Assembly: GCA_934456295.1 (NCBI GenBank)
Contig: CAKSHB010000001.1
Coordinates: forward strand, 174 to 64,173
DNA from: an uncultured Clostridia bacterium
GTDB taxonomy: Bacteria > Bacillota > Clostridia > UBA1381 > UMGS1253
Length of the DNA: 64,000 nucleotides
Direction: 5' to 3'
Shown: positions 1 to 9,193 of the stretch, piece after piece
How the letters are laid out: each line of letters opens with the position of its first letter
Numbering within the stretch: the first letter of the stretch is position 1
Program-made: the position numbers and the translations under genes
Notes under the pieces: model-generated
Databases searched by the model: none
The model's input: only the letters and a program-made list of their open reading frames with translations
Told to the model about the DNA's origin: nothing

Positions 1-210
1 GACAGATGGGAACAGAATTACAATGACTGCAAAAATGCGCCGTCAAATTATACTCCTCTCGGCGACATTGCCGACTTTGAGGATATTGCGAATGCCGCGT
101 TTTATTTCGGAAGTGATATGTCAAAAAATACTACCGGCGCGGAGCTGGTTGTTGACGGCGGAAATATGATTCAGCTCTATCCGATTATACCTGATAAAGA
201 AAAGCAATAA
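1..210 (+). CDS. SDR-family oxidoreductase, C-terminal fragment (5' end lies outside the window)
   Basis: Frame 1 is open from the window edge to TAA at 208-210. The translation ...AAFYFGSDMSKNTTGAELVVDGGNMIQ resembles the conserved C-terminus of short-chain dehydrogenases/reductases. Confidence 0.7.
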   Translation, partial: DRWEQNYNDCKNAPSNYTPLGDIADFEDIANAAFYFGSDMSKNTTGAELVVDGGNMIQLYPIIPDKEKQ

Positions 211-508
211 TTTTGCTGTTGTATAATTTTGTAAAAAACAATGAAATAAACGGAAACAGACATGCAGGCGTTTCTTTGCAAAAAAGCAGAGAGCGCCTGT
301 TTTTTTATCAGATAAAAACAGGTTGCATGTGGATTTAAATTTTAAAAAGCTTGTGCCGCATAACGTCTTGTGCAAAACCAACAAACTTTTTAAAAAAAAT
401 TATGCAAAATGTCAAGCGTGTAAAGAACTTTTAAAAAACTTTTAAAAAATTTACTTAAAACTATTGAAAAATGATTATAAATCGTGTAAAATTTATTTGA
501 AAAGGGGA

Positions 509-583
509 AAAAGTGTTATAAAGTGGTTGCAAGTGGATAAATTGTGTGTTAAAATATTGTTACAACCACTTTTCAAAGTGAGG
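509..583 (+). promoter_or_regulatory. Putative MraZ operator: phased AAAGTG(G/T)-type boxes
   Basis: The 10-mers at 511-520, 521-530, 531-540 and 541-550 read aagtgttata / aagtggttgc / aagtggataa / attgtgtgtt, an exact 10-bp period. There is also an inverted AAAGTGG at 566-572 and an AAAGTGA at 575-581. Confidence 0.6.
527..555 (+). promoter_or_regulatory. Sigma-A-type promoter of the mraZ/dcw operon
   Basis: TTGCAA (527-532), a 17-nt spacer, then TGtTAAAAT (extended -10, 547-555). It overlaps the MraZ boxes. Confidence 0.5.
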
Positions 584-592
584 TGAAAAACT

Positions 593-1033
593 TTGTTCAT
601 AGGTACATACAGTCACAGCATAGACGCAAAAGGCAGAATGATTATGCCGTCCAAGTTCAGAAAGAACGAATCGGGCGAGATTTTCTATGTCACAAAAGGA
701 ACGGAAAAGTGTCTGTTTGTGTACTCGCGTGAGGAATGGGCAAGGTTTGAGGAAAAAATCGCGTCGCTGCCGATTACAACAAATAAATCTGCGGCAGATT
801 TTGTGCGTTATTTTCTTTCGGGTGCGGCAGAATGCGAAGTGGACAAGCTCGGAAGAATTAATATTCCCCAGCATCTGAGAGAGCATGCCGGACTCGGAAA
901 GGACGTTAAGGTTCTCGGCGCAAGAAGCCGTATTGAGATATGGGATGCGGATACATGGAAGAGCTATTACGAAACAGATATTACACCCGAAAGCGTAATG
1001 GAGAATATGGGCTCGATAGGAATGGATTTTTAG
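593..1033 (+). CDS. mraZ: Transcriptional regulator MraZ
   Basis: TTG start preceded by GAGGTGA. MFIGTYSHSIDAKGRMIMPSKFR and a second DKLGRINIPQHLR repeat match the duplicated SpoVT-AbrB/MraZ motif. It is the first gene of the dcw cluster. Confidence 0.95.
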   Translation: MFIGTYSHSIDAKGRMIMPSKFRKNESGEIFYVTKGTEKCLFVYSREEWARFEEKIASLPITTNKSAADFVRYFLSGAAECEVDKLGRINIPQHLREHAGLGKDVKVLGARSRIEIWDADTWKSYYETDITPESVMENMGSIGMDF

Positions 1034-1043
1034 GCGGTGATAT

Positions 1044-1982
1044 ATGATGGAATTCAGGCATATACCCGTCATGCTGAATGAGTGTATAGACAGTCTTAAT
1101 ATAAAGCCGGACGGAATATACGTAGACGGAACGCTCGGCGGCGCCGGACACAGCAGCCAAATTGTGCGCAGGCTCGGCGAAAACGGCTTGCTGATAGGGA
1201 TTGACCGTGATGAAAACGCGATAAAGGCGGCGGGAGAAAGGCTTTGCGGATATGACGGCAGGGTTCTGATTGTAAAAAATAACTTTAAAAATATAAATGA
1301 AGTTTTAAAATCGGCAGACATCGATAAAATCGACGGTGCACTGCTTGATTTGGGAGTATCGTCACACCAGCTTGATGAGGCATCGAGAGGTTTCAGCTAT
1401 ATGCATGACGCGCCGCTGGACATGAGAATGGACAGAGATGAAGCGGAGAGTGCATATGACGTTATAAATGTATATGACGAAAACAGACTGGCGGAGATTA
1501 TATTTGACTACGGCGAGGAGCGGTGGGCAAAAAGAATTGCAAAGTTTATAGCGGACGGGCGCAAAGCAAAACCCATAGAAACAACGGGGGAGCTTGTGAA
1601 AATTATAAGTGCGGCGATACCGAAGGGTGCGCGCATGAATGGCGGCAATCCTGCAAAACGCACGTTTCAGGCAATCAGGATTGAGGTAAACGGCGAGCTT
1701 GAAATACTGCGCGGCGCCATAGATGATTTTACCGGGCATTTAAATGCCGGCGGCAGACTTGCCGTTATAACGTTTCATTCGCTTGAGGACAGAATTGTAA
1801 AAGAGGAATTTGCGCGTCTGGCACGGGGCTGTACATGCCCAAAGGAATTTCCGGTGTGCGTGTGCGGAAACAAGCCGTCGGTGAAGGTGCTGACAGGCAA
1901 GCCGATAACAGCGTCGGAGGCGGAATTGGAACAGAACAGCCGCTCAAAGAGCGCAAAGCTTCGCGTTATAGAGAAATTATAA
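1044..1982 (+). CDS. rsmH: 16S rRNA (cytosine1402-N4)-methyltransferase RsmH
   Basis: HIPVMLNE...[13 protein letters not shown]-binding motif. It sits directly after mraZ. The start may be the second ATG at 1047. Confidence 0.95.
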   Translation: MMEFRHIPVMLNECIDSLNIKPDGIYVDGTLGGAGHSSQIVRRLGENGLLIGIDRDENAIKAAGERLCGYDGRVLIVKNNFKNINEVLKSADIDKIDGALLDLGVSSHQLDEASRGFSYMHDAPLDMRMDRDEAESAYDVINVYDENRLAEIIFDYGEERWAKRIAKFIADGRKAKPIETTGELVKIISAAIPKGARMNGGNPAKRTFQAIRIEVNGELEILRGAIDDFTGHLNAGGRLAVITFHSLEDRIVKEEFARLARGCTCPKEFPVCVCGNKPSVKVLTGKPITASEAELEQNSRSKSAKLRVIEKL

Positions 1983-2046
1983 AACTTTTTTGAAAAATAG
2001 GTTATGGGGATAAACATTGGGGATAAAATTTTAGGGGGTCACAAAA

Positions 2047-2544
2047 GTGCGTACAAACGGAAATCTTGCTCTTAATCCTGCGTATAGACCGCAGTATCAG
2101 CCGACGCAGGCAAATTTGAAGAAAAAGGCGGTTTTGAAGGCACACGAAACGGGAAAAAAGAAAGCTAAAAGTATAAATGTTGCCGTTGCGTTATTTTACA
2201 TAGCGGTTATTTTTGCAGTGGCATTTTGTCTTATAGGCCGCGAGGTAAGCATATATGAAAAAAGCGCGGAAATAAGCCGTTTGCAGAATAAGCTTGAGCA
2301 GGCACAGAGCGAAACGAAGCAGGCACGCATAGCTGCGGAGAAATCTGTGGATTTGAAAACGATAGAGGATAACGCGACAAATAAATTCGCAATGAGCAGA
2401 CCCGAGAAAACGCAGACAGTATATATAAACATAAAGCAGCAGGACTATGCCGAGAAAACGGCGGACAAAGATGCAGGCGTTGAGTTGCAGCAGAACATAC
2501 AGGCAGGCATAAAAAATCTTTTTGGAATATTCGGAAACAAGTAG
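2047..2544 (+). CDS. FtsL-like cell-division protein (bitopic, coiled coil)
   Basis: GTG start after GGGGG. One TM segment (VAVALFYIAVIFAVAFCLIG) is followed by a coiled-coil region (ISRLQNKLEQAQSETKQARI). The position between rsmH and the PBP is the canonical ftsL slot. Confidence 0.7.
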   Translation: MRTNGNLALNPAYRPQYQPTQANLKKKAVLKAHETGKKKAKSINVAVALFYIAVIFAVAFCLIGREVSIYEKSAEISRLQNKLEQAQSETKQARIAAEKSVDLKTIEDNATNKFAMSRPEKTQTVYINIKQQDYAEKTADKDAGVELQQNIQAGIKNLFGIFGNK

Positions 2545-2920
2545 TATTATATATTTATAAGCAGGATTATATCAAAATCCGGGCAAACATAAAACCCGGG
2601 CAAACTTAATAGAAAAATTCGGAAGTGAGGCCCCAAAGCGATTTGGAAAATCAAATCTCTTAGTCTCACTTTTTGCCTTAAAACGGGGAAATGTAAAATT
2701 ACGGCAAAACCGTATGGGAGAAGATGAAAGCAAAGTGTTTTTGTGTTTGGTGCGCAAATAGTGTTTTGCTTTATTTGTGTTCTTAGAGAAAACTGATTTT
2801 GAGAAAACCGATTTTTGCGGCTTTTTCATATAAGTTTATATTTTCGTAAGACTGTGTTTTGAAAAAAGAAAGTAAAATCTGAAAGTAAAATTTTGCATAG
2901 GCTTGCATGGAGGCAGGGGT

Positions 2921-5122
2921 ATGAAATTACCGAAAAAGATGGTAAGGAAACGCGTGTTTTTATATGTGGTTGCCTTTTGCTGTGTATTCACTATACTTGC
3001 GGGGCGTGTGGCATGGCTTCAGACGGTGGACGGAGCAAAGTTGAAAAAAGCGGCGACGCAGCAGCAGACACGTGACAACATAATAACAAGCAAACGCGGA
3101 ACGATATATGACAGAAATAACAAAGAGCTTGCCGTCAGTGCGTCGGTTGAGATGGTGACGGTATCTCCGAGCGAGATAAGAAAATCAAAAAGTGCGGAAA
3201 TTGTTGCAAAAAAGCTTGCCGAGATTTTGTCGCTTAATTATGACGACGTATACAAAAAGGTCACAAAAAACTCGTCATACGAGATTATAAAACGCAAGGT
3301 TGAGAGCGAGCAGACATCGCAGATACGCAAGCTGAAAACCGATAAGGAAACGAAAAACGCTTTTGCCGGTGTGAGCCTTGAGGAGGACACGAAAAGATAT
3401 TATCCCTACGGAAGTTTTGCCGCACAGGTAATCGGCTTCACGGGCAATGATAACCAGGGGCTGTACGGCGTTGAGGCGGCATATGACGATGAGCTTTCGG
3501 GCGTTGCAGGAAGAGTTATATCGGCAAAAAACGCCGCCGGCGTTGATATGCCGTATAAATATGAGGAAAAATATGAGTCGCAGGATGGACTTAACGTTGT
3601 TCTGACGATAGATGAAACGATACAGCATTTCGCAGAAAAGCATCTGAAACAGGCGTATGAGGAGAATAAGCCGGCAAAAGGTGCATTTGCAATAGTGATT
3701 GCGCCGAAAACGGGCGAGGTACTTGCCATGGCGACACAGCCCGACTATGATTTAAACAAGCCGTTTGAGCTGACCGATACGGAATTTTTGTCGAGTATAG
3801 CGGCGCTTTCCGAGGAGGAACAAAAGAAGGCAAAGACAACGGCGCTCTCGGAGCTTTGGAAAAATAAAGCCGTAACGGACTCATATGAGCCCGGCTCGGT
3901 ATTTAAAATACTTACATATGCGATGGCGCTTGAGGAGGGAGTTGCAAGTCCGAGCGATACATTTAACTGCAGCGGCGGAACGAAAGTCGGTCCGTATACA
4001 ATCCACTGCTGGAAAACGGCGGGGCACGGACATGAAACGCTGAAGCAGGGGCTTGAAAATTCGTGCAACCCTGTTTTGATGGAGCTTGGGCGCAGATTGG
4101 GCGTTGATACCTTCAGAAAATATTTTAAAAGCTTCGGCATGGACGCAAAGACAGGCTTTGACATAGTCGGCGAAAGCCCGGGCGTGTTCTTTAACGAGGG
4201 TGCAATGCATGAGGTTGAGCTTGCGACATGTTCATTCGGGCAGTCGTTTCAGGTTACGCCTCTTCAGCTCAGCGCAGCCGTATCGGCAATCGTAAACGGC
4301 GGAAGTTTATATAAGCCGCATGTTGTAAAGGCGCTCACGGATAAAAACGGTTCTGTCGTAAAGAGCTATGAGCCTCAGCTTGTGAGAAAAATTGTGTCTG
4401 AGGAAACATCGGCGCTCATGCGTGATTTCCTTGAGGGAGTCGTGTCGGAGGGTACAGGTAAAAGTGCAAAAATAGAAGGCTACCGCATAGGCGGAAAAAC
4501 GGGAACATCAGAGAAACAGCCGCGCGGACAGGGCAAATATGTCGCATCGTTTCTCGGCGTTGCGCCGGCAGATGATCCGGAGCTGCTGTGCATAGTGGCT
4601 ATAGATGAGCCGACGGGCGATTTGTATCAGGGCAGCCAGATATCGGCGCCTGTTGTAAGAAATATACTTGAGGACACATTGCGCTACATGGGTTATGAGA
4701 AAAAGCTCGAAGGAAACGAGCTTGCCGTTATGCAGTCAAATGTGCCCGAAGTGCGCGGGTTTGCTGTTTCTGACGCAAAAAAGACGCTTTCTGACGCAGG
4801 TTTTGACGTAAAGGTTGTGGGCGAAGGTGAAAATACGGAGCAGCAGCTTCCGAAACCGGGCGCAAGCCTTGCAAAAGGCTCGACGGTGATTTTGTATACG
4901 GAAAACACGGATATTGCAAAAGTCAGCGTGCCCGATGTGACGGGAATGAGGCTTTCGGACGCAAAGAAAGCAATTCTTGATGCAGGGCTTAACATAGAAA
5001 TATTAGGCGCATCGGACGATTCGCACAAATCGCCGGCGAAAAAACAGGATCCTGTAGCAGGGACACAGGTAAATCCTGCAACAACGGTCAGGGTGGAATT
5101 TGTGTATATGGACGGCGATTAA
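2921..5122 (+). CDS. Class B penicillin-binding protein (FtsI/SpoVD-like) with two C-terminal PASTA domains
   Basis: ATG at 2921 follows GGAGGCAGGGG. Motifs SVFK (SxxK), SCN (SxN) and KTGT are present, and there are two PASTA-like repeats (VPEVRGFAVSDAKKTLSDAGF..., VPDVTGMRLSDAKKAILDAGL...). Confidence 0.9.
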   Translation: MKLPKKMVRKRVFLYVVAFCCVFTILAGRVAWLQTVDGAKLKKAATQQQTRDNIITSKRGTIYDRNNKELAVSASVEMVTVSPSEIRKSKSAEIVAKKLAEILSLNYDDVYKKVTKNSSYEIIKRKVESEQTSQIRKLKTDKETKNAFAGVSLEEDTKRYYPYGSFAAQVIGFTGNDNQGLYGVEAAYDDELSGVAGRVISAKNAAGVDMPYKYEEKYESQDGLNVVLTIDETIQHFAEKHLKQAYEENKPAKGAFAIVIAPKTGEVLAMATQPDYDLNKPFELTDTEFLSSIAALSEEEQKKAKTTALSELWKNKAVTDSYEPGSVFKILTYAMALEEGVASPSDTFNCSGGTKVGPYTIHCWKTAGHGHETLKQGLENSCNPVLMELGRRLGVDTFRKYFKSFGMDAKTGFDIVGESPGVFFNEGAMHEVELATCSFGQSFQVTPLQLSAAVSAIVNGGSLYKPHVVKALTDKNGSVVKSYEPQLVRKIVSEETSALMRDFLEGVVSEGTGKSAKIEGYRIGGKTGTSEKQPRGQGKYVASFLGVAPADDPELLCIVAIDEPTGDLYQGSQISAPVVRNILEDTLRYMGYEKKLEGNELAVMQSNVPEVRGFAVSDAKKTLSDAGFDVKVVGEGENTEQQLPKPGASLAKGSTVILYTENTDIAKVSVPDVTGMRLSDAKKAILDAGLNIEILGASDDSHKSPAKKQDPVAGTQVNPATTVRVEFVYMDGD

Positions 5123-5174
5123 TTAGGAGTAATTTATACAGGATTATTTTATATTGTTTGCGGAGGAATAAAAA

Positions 5175-6608
5175 ATGAAGCTTGCCGAACTGGTCAGAGA
5201 TATACAGACGAACGGAAAAGAGGCGCTTGAAACCGAAGTCGGTGCGATAGCGTACGATTCGCGCAAAGTCAGAAAGGGCGATGTGTTCGTATGCATAAAG
5301 GGCTACCAAACGGACGGACATAAATATGTAAAAAGTGCGGTTGAAAACGGTGCTGCCGCGATTGTGGCAAGCGATAAAATCGATGCCGATGTGCCCGTGC
5401 TGTATACGCCCGACACAAGAATTGCGCTGGCGATGATGGCGAAGGCATACTTTAAAAATCCGCTGAAGGACATAAAGCTGATAGGCGTTACAGGCACAAA
5501 CGGAAAGACAACAATAACATACCTTATAAAAACAATTCTTGAGGCACAAAATAAAAAGGTCGGGCTTATCGGTACAAATCAGAACATGATAGGTGATAAG
5601 GTTATGCTGACAGAGCGTACAACGCCCGAATCATACGAACTGTATGAAATGTTTGCCGATATGGCGCATGAGGGCGCGGATTACATCGTTATGGAGGTAT
5701 CGAGCCACGCGCTTGAGCTTCACCGTGTCGGGGGCTGTGAGTTTGAAACGGCAATTTTTACAAATCTCACACAGGACCATCTCGACTTCCACGGGACTAT
5801 GGAAAATTATTTTAATGCGAAAAACAAGCTGTTTTCAATGTGCAGAAATGCCGTTGTGAATACAGACGACGAATACGGCGCACGTATTGCCGGCGGCTGC
5901 AAAGCAAACCTTATTACATACGGCATTGACAAGCCGGCAGCCATGCATGCAAAAAATATGCGGATAACGGCGCGGGGGGCGGCATATGATTTGGAGTACG
6001 GCAATAAGGAATATGAGGCAAATATAGCGATACCGGGCAAATTTTCGGTATATAATTCGCTTGCGGCGATAGGCGCGGCATACAGTCTTGGAATTGATAT
6101 AAAGATTTGCCTTGACGCGCTCAAAACCGCTCATGGCGTAAAAGGACGCGCCGAGGTTGTGCCGACTGATACCGACTATACGGTAATAATAGATTATGCA
6201 CATACACCGGACGGACTTGTGAATATAATTTCGGCAGTGAATGAGTTTAAAACGGCGCGCGTTATAACGCTGTTCGGCTGCGGCGGCGACCGCGACAGAA
6301 CAAAGCGTCCGAAAATGGGAAAGGCGGCAGGCGAACTGTCAGACTTTTTGGTTGTAACATCGGACAATCCGCGTACGGAGGACCCGTCGGCGATAATAGA
6401 CGACATAATGCCGGGAGTTCTTGAAAGCGGCTGCGAATATGTCAGAATAGAAAGCCGCCATGAGGCGATTGAGTATGCGCTCAAGCATGCAAAACCGCAC
6501 GATATAGTAATTCTTGCGGGCAAAGGTCATGAAACATATCAGATTTTAAAGGATAAAACGATACATTTTGACGAACGCGAGGTAATACACGAAATACTCG
6601 GCAAATAG
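5175..6608 (+). CDS. murE: UDP-MurNAc-L-Ala-D-Glu:2,6-diaminopimelate ligase
   Basis: P-loop GVTGTNGKTT. The DNPR motif at nt 6363-6374 (VVTSDNPRTEDP) is the signature of DAP-adding MurE enzymes. Confidence 0.93.
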   Translation: MKLAELVRDIQTNGKEALETEVGAIAYDSRKVRKGDVFVCIKGYQTDGHKYVKSAVENGAAAIVASDKIDADVPVLYTPDTRIALAMMAKAYFKNPLKDIKLIGVTGTNGKTTITYLIKTILEAQNKKVGLIGTNQNMIGDKVMLTERTTPESYELYEMFADMAHEGADYIVMEVSSHALELHRVGGCEFETAIFTNLTQDHLDFHGTMENYFNAKNKLFSMCRNAVVNTDDEYGARIAGGCKANLITYGIDKPAAMHAKNMRITARGAAYDLEYGNKEYEANIAIPGKFSVYNSLAAIGAAYSLGIDIKICLDALKTAHGVKGRAEVVPTDTDYTVIIDYAHTPDGLVNIISAVNEFKTARVITLFGCGGDRDRTKRPKMGKAAGELSDFLVVTSDNPRTEDPSAIIDDIMPGVLESGCEYVRIESRHEAIEYALKHAKPHDIVILAGKGHETYQILKDKTIHFDEREVIHEILGK

Positions 6609-6643
6609 ACTTACGGTAAAAATCCGTATAAGGAGAGGCACAC

Positions 6644-8020
6644 ATGGAACAAATCAGCATAAAAGAGATAATCGGGGCAACGGGCGGAAAGCTTCTGTGG
6701 GGAAACGAAAACACGGTTATCACATCTGTTACCACAGACAGCAGAAAAAGCGGCGAAAATATGCTTTTTATTCCGCTTGAGGGCGATACCTTTGACGGAC
6801 ATGAGTTTATACGTGCTTCGTTCGATATGGGAGCGGCGGCGGCGCTGACGCATAAAGATACCGATATTGTGTGCGACCGTGTGCTCATACGGGTTGATGA
6901 CACAAAAAAGGCGCTTGCCGATATTGCGCGGTTTTATCTTGATAAGCATAGAGTACCTGTTGTTGCTCTGACAGGTTCTGTCGGAAAAACGACGACGAAG
7001 GACATGGTTGCGGCGGCGCTTTCAAAAAAATACAGCGTTTTAAAAACGCAGGGCAACTTTAACAACGACATAGGACTTCCTCTCACAATATTCAACCTGA
7101 CGCGCGATAATGACATGGCGGTGCTTGAGATGGGCATGAACCATTTCGGCGAGATACATCATCTTGCGTCGATTGCGCACCCCGATACTGCGATTATAAC
7201 AAATATAGGCATGTCGCATATAGAAAACCTCGGCTCACGCGAGGGAATATTGAAGGCAAAAACAGAAATAACCGATTTTTTTGATGAAAACAGCACGCTG
7301 ATTTTAAACGGCGATGATGATATGCTGCAAACAATCTGCGGCAAGTCTTATACAGTGATAACCTACGGAATAGATAATCCGAATACCGATTACAGGGCAA
7401 AAAACATCGAAAAGCACGGTGAAAGCATAGAGTTTGATATCGAATATAAAGAAAACGGCAGCATAAAAGAGGTTCACATACATGTTGCGCTGCCGGGTAC
7501 GCATAATATATACAATGCTCTTGCGGCATTTGCTGCGGCAAAGCGTTACGGTGTGGAAGATGAGCTTGCATCATCGGGAATAGGCGGATTTGTTCCGTCG
7601 GCAATGCGTATGGACATAAAAAATACGGGCAGAATAACGCTGATTAATGATTGCTATAATGCATCGCCCGCATCTGTGGAGGCGGCGCTTGATGTTCTTA
7701 TGGGCACAAGCGCAAAGAGGCATATTGCCATACTGGGCGATATACTTGAGATGGGCGGTTTTGCGCCGAAGGCACATGCGGAGCTTGGTGAAAAAGCGTC
7801 GCAGATGGGAGTTGACGCGCTTTGGTGCGTCGGCGAAAATGCAAAGTATATGTGTGAGGCGGCAAAAAAAGCCGGTCTTGCCGACGCGGTGCATTTTGAA
7901 AACAACAAGAGTCTGATTGCGGCTTTGCCGGCGCTCATATGTGACGGTGACGCATTGCTTGTAAAGGCGTCGCGCGGAATGAAGTTTGAGCAGATTGCAG
8001 CGGCGGCGGAAAAGCTGTAA
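6644..8020 (+). CDS. murF: UDP-MurNAc-tripeptide:D-Ala-D-Ala ligase
   Basis: P-loop TGSVGKTTTKD and Mur-ligase architecture. It follows murE. Confidence 0.92.
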   Translation: MEQISIKEIIGATGGKLLWGNENTVITSVTTDSRKSGENMLFIPLEGDTFDGHEFIRASFDMGAAAALTHKDTDIVCDRVLIRVDDTKKALADIARFYLDKHRVPVVALTGSVGKTTTKDMVAAALSKKYSVLKTQGNFNNDIGLPLTIFNLTRDNDMAVLEMGMNHFGEIHHLASIAHPDTAIITNIGMSHIENLGSREGILKAKTEITDFFDENSTLILNGDDDMLQTICGKSYTVITYGIDNPNTDYRAKNIEKHGESIEFDIEYKENGSIKEVHIHVALPGTHNIYNALAAFAAAKRYGVEDELASSGIGGFVPSAMRMDIKNTGRITLINDCYNASPASVEAALDVLMGTSAKRHIAILGDILEMGGFAPKAHAELGEKASQMGVDALWCVGENAKYMCEAAKKAGLADAVHFENNKSLIAALPALICDGDALLVKASRGMKFEQIAAAAEKL

Positions 8021-8051
8021 AAATATACCTGCGAGAGGGGAAAGTGCTGTT

Positions 8052-9041
8052 ATGGGAAATGAATGGTTTAATATTTCGGCTTCATATTTGCTTACTTTCG
8101 GCATAGCGTTTTTGGTTTGTGTGATAATTGCGCCTATGCTGATACCTGTTTTGCACAAACTCAAATTCGGTCAGGAGATACGTGAGGACGGTCCGGCATG
8201 GCACAAAAAAAAGACGGGCACACCGACAATGGGCGGCATAATTTTTATTGCCGGTACGGTTATCGCAACGCTTATAATGACACAGGAGCTGTCGGTTATG
8301 ATTGTGCTTCTGTTTGCGGTGGGCTTCGGACTGATTGGCTTTACCGACGATTTTATAAAAGTTGTGCTTAAACGCAATCTCGGACTTACGGCGCTTCAGA
8401 AGCTCGCGCTGCAAATTGCTTTTTCGGTGGTTTTTGTACTGGCTCTCAGTGCATCGGGGCTTTTGCGCAGCGATATATATATCCCGTTTACGCACATAAG
8501 CTTTAATCTGGGTTGGTTCTATACGGTTTTTGCCGTATTTATAATGGTAGGCTTTACAAACGCGGTAAATCTGACGGACGGTTTGGACGGTCTTGCGTCC
8601 TCTGTAACGGCGATAGTGTCGCTGTTTTTTGCCGTCGCGGCATTTATGTGCGGAAACAGACCGCTTGCGGTGTTTATGATTGCGCTGACGGGCGGATGTA
8701 TAGGGTTTTTGGTGTTTAACCGCTATCCGGCAAAGGTGTTCATGGGAGATACCGGCTCTTTGTTTCTGGGCGGAGCGCTTGCAGGTGCGGCAATAATTTT
8801 AAAAATGCCGCTCATACTTGTGATTGCGGGAATTATATATGTTATCGAGGCGCTGTCGGTAATGCTTCAGGTGGCATCGTTCAAACTTACGGGCAAAAGA
8901 ATATTTAAAATGAGCCCGATACATCACCATTTTGAAATGTGCGGCTGGAAAGAGGTAAAAATTGTTGCGGTGTTCTGCGTTGTTACAGCGCTGTTCTGCG
9001 TAATCGCATATTTTTCCGTAATGCCGTTCATGTCGGTGTGA
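8052..9041 (+). CDS. mraY: Phospho-MurNAc-pentapeptide translocase
   Basis: NAVNLTDGLDGLA and PAKVFMGDTGS motifs in a polytopic membrane protein. I placed the start at the ATG at 8052 rather than the upstream in-frame ORF start. Confidence 0.93.
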   Translation: MGNEWFNISASYLLTFGIAFLVCVIIAPMLIPVLHKLKFGQEIREDGPAWHKKKTGTPTMGGIIFIAGTVIATLIMTQELSVMIVLLFAVGFGLIGFTDDFIKVVLKRNLGLTALQKLALQIAFSVVFVLALSASGLLRSDIYIPFTHISFNLGWFYTVFAVFIMVGFTNAVNLTDGLDGLASSVTAIVSLFFAVAAFMCGNRPLAVFMIALTGGCIGFLVFNRYPAKVFMGDTGSLFLGGALAGAAIILKMPLILVIAGIIYVIEALSVMLQVASFKLTGKRIFKMSPIHHHFEMCGWKEVKIVAVFCVVTALFCVIAYFSVMPFMSV

Positions 9042-9193
9042 GGCATATTGTGGCGTGCATTTTCCGATGCACATTCATGAAAGACAGTGTGAGAGCTTTT
9101 TTCATACAAAATTAAAGCGCCGCAAAAAATTCGTTTTCGGCGAAACGGCGGCGCAAAAAACCTCCTTTATTTTTATGCTGCGCAAAAGGAGAT

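Noticed and set aside
2572-2829. An 85-aa minus-strand ORF in the ftsL-PBP spacer.
   Set aside because: It has no RBS, a repetitive low-complexity translation (SVFSKSVFSK, which derives from the tandem DNA duplication), and runs opposite to the operon.
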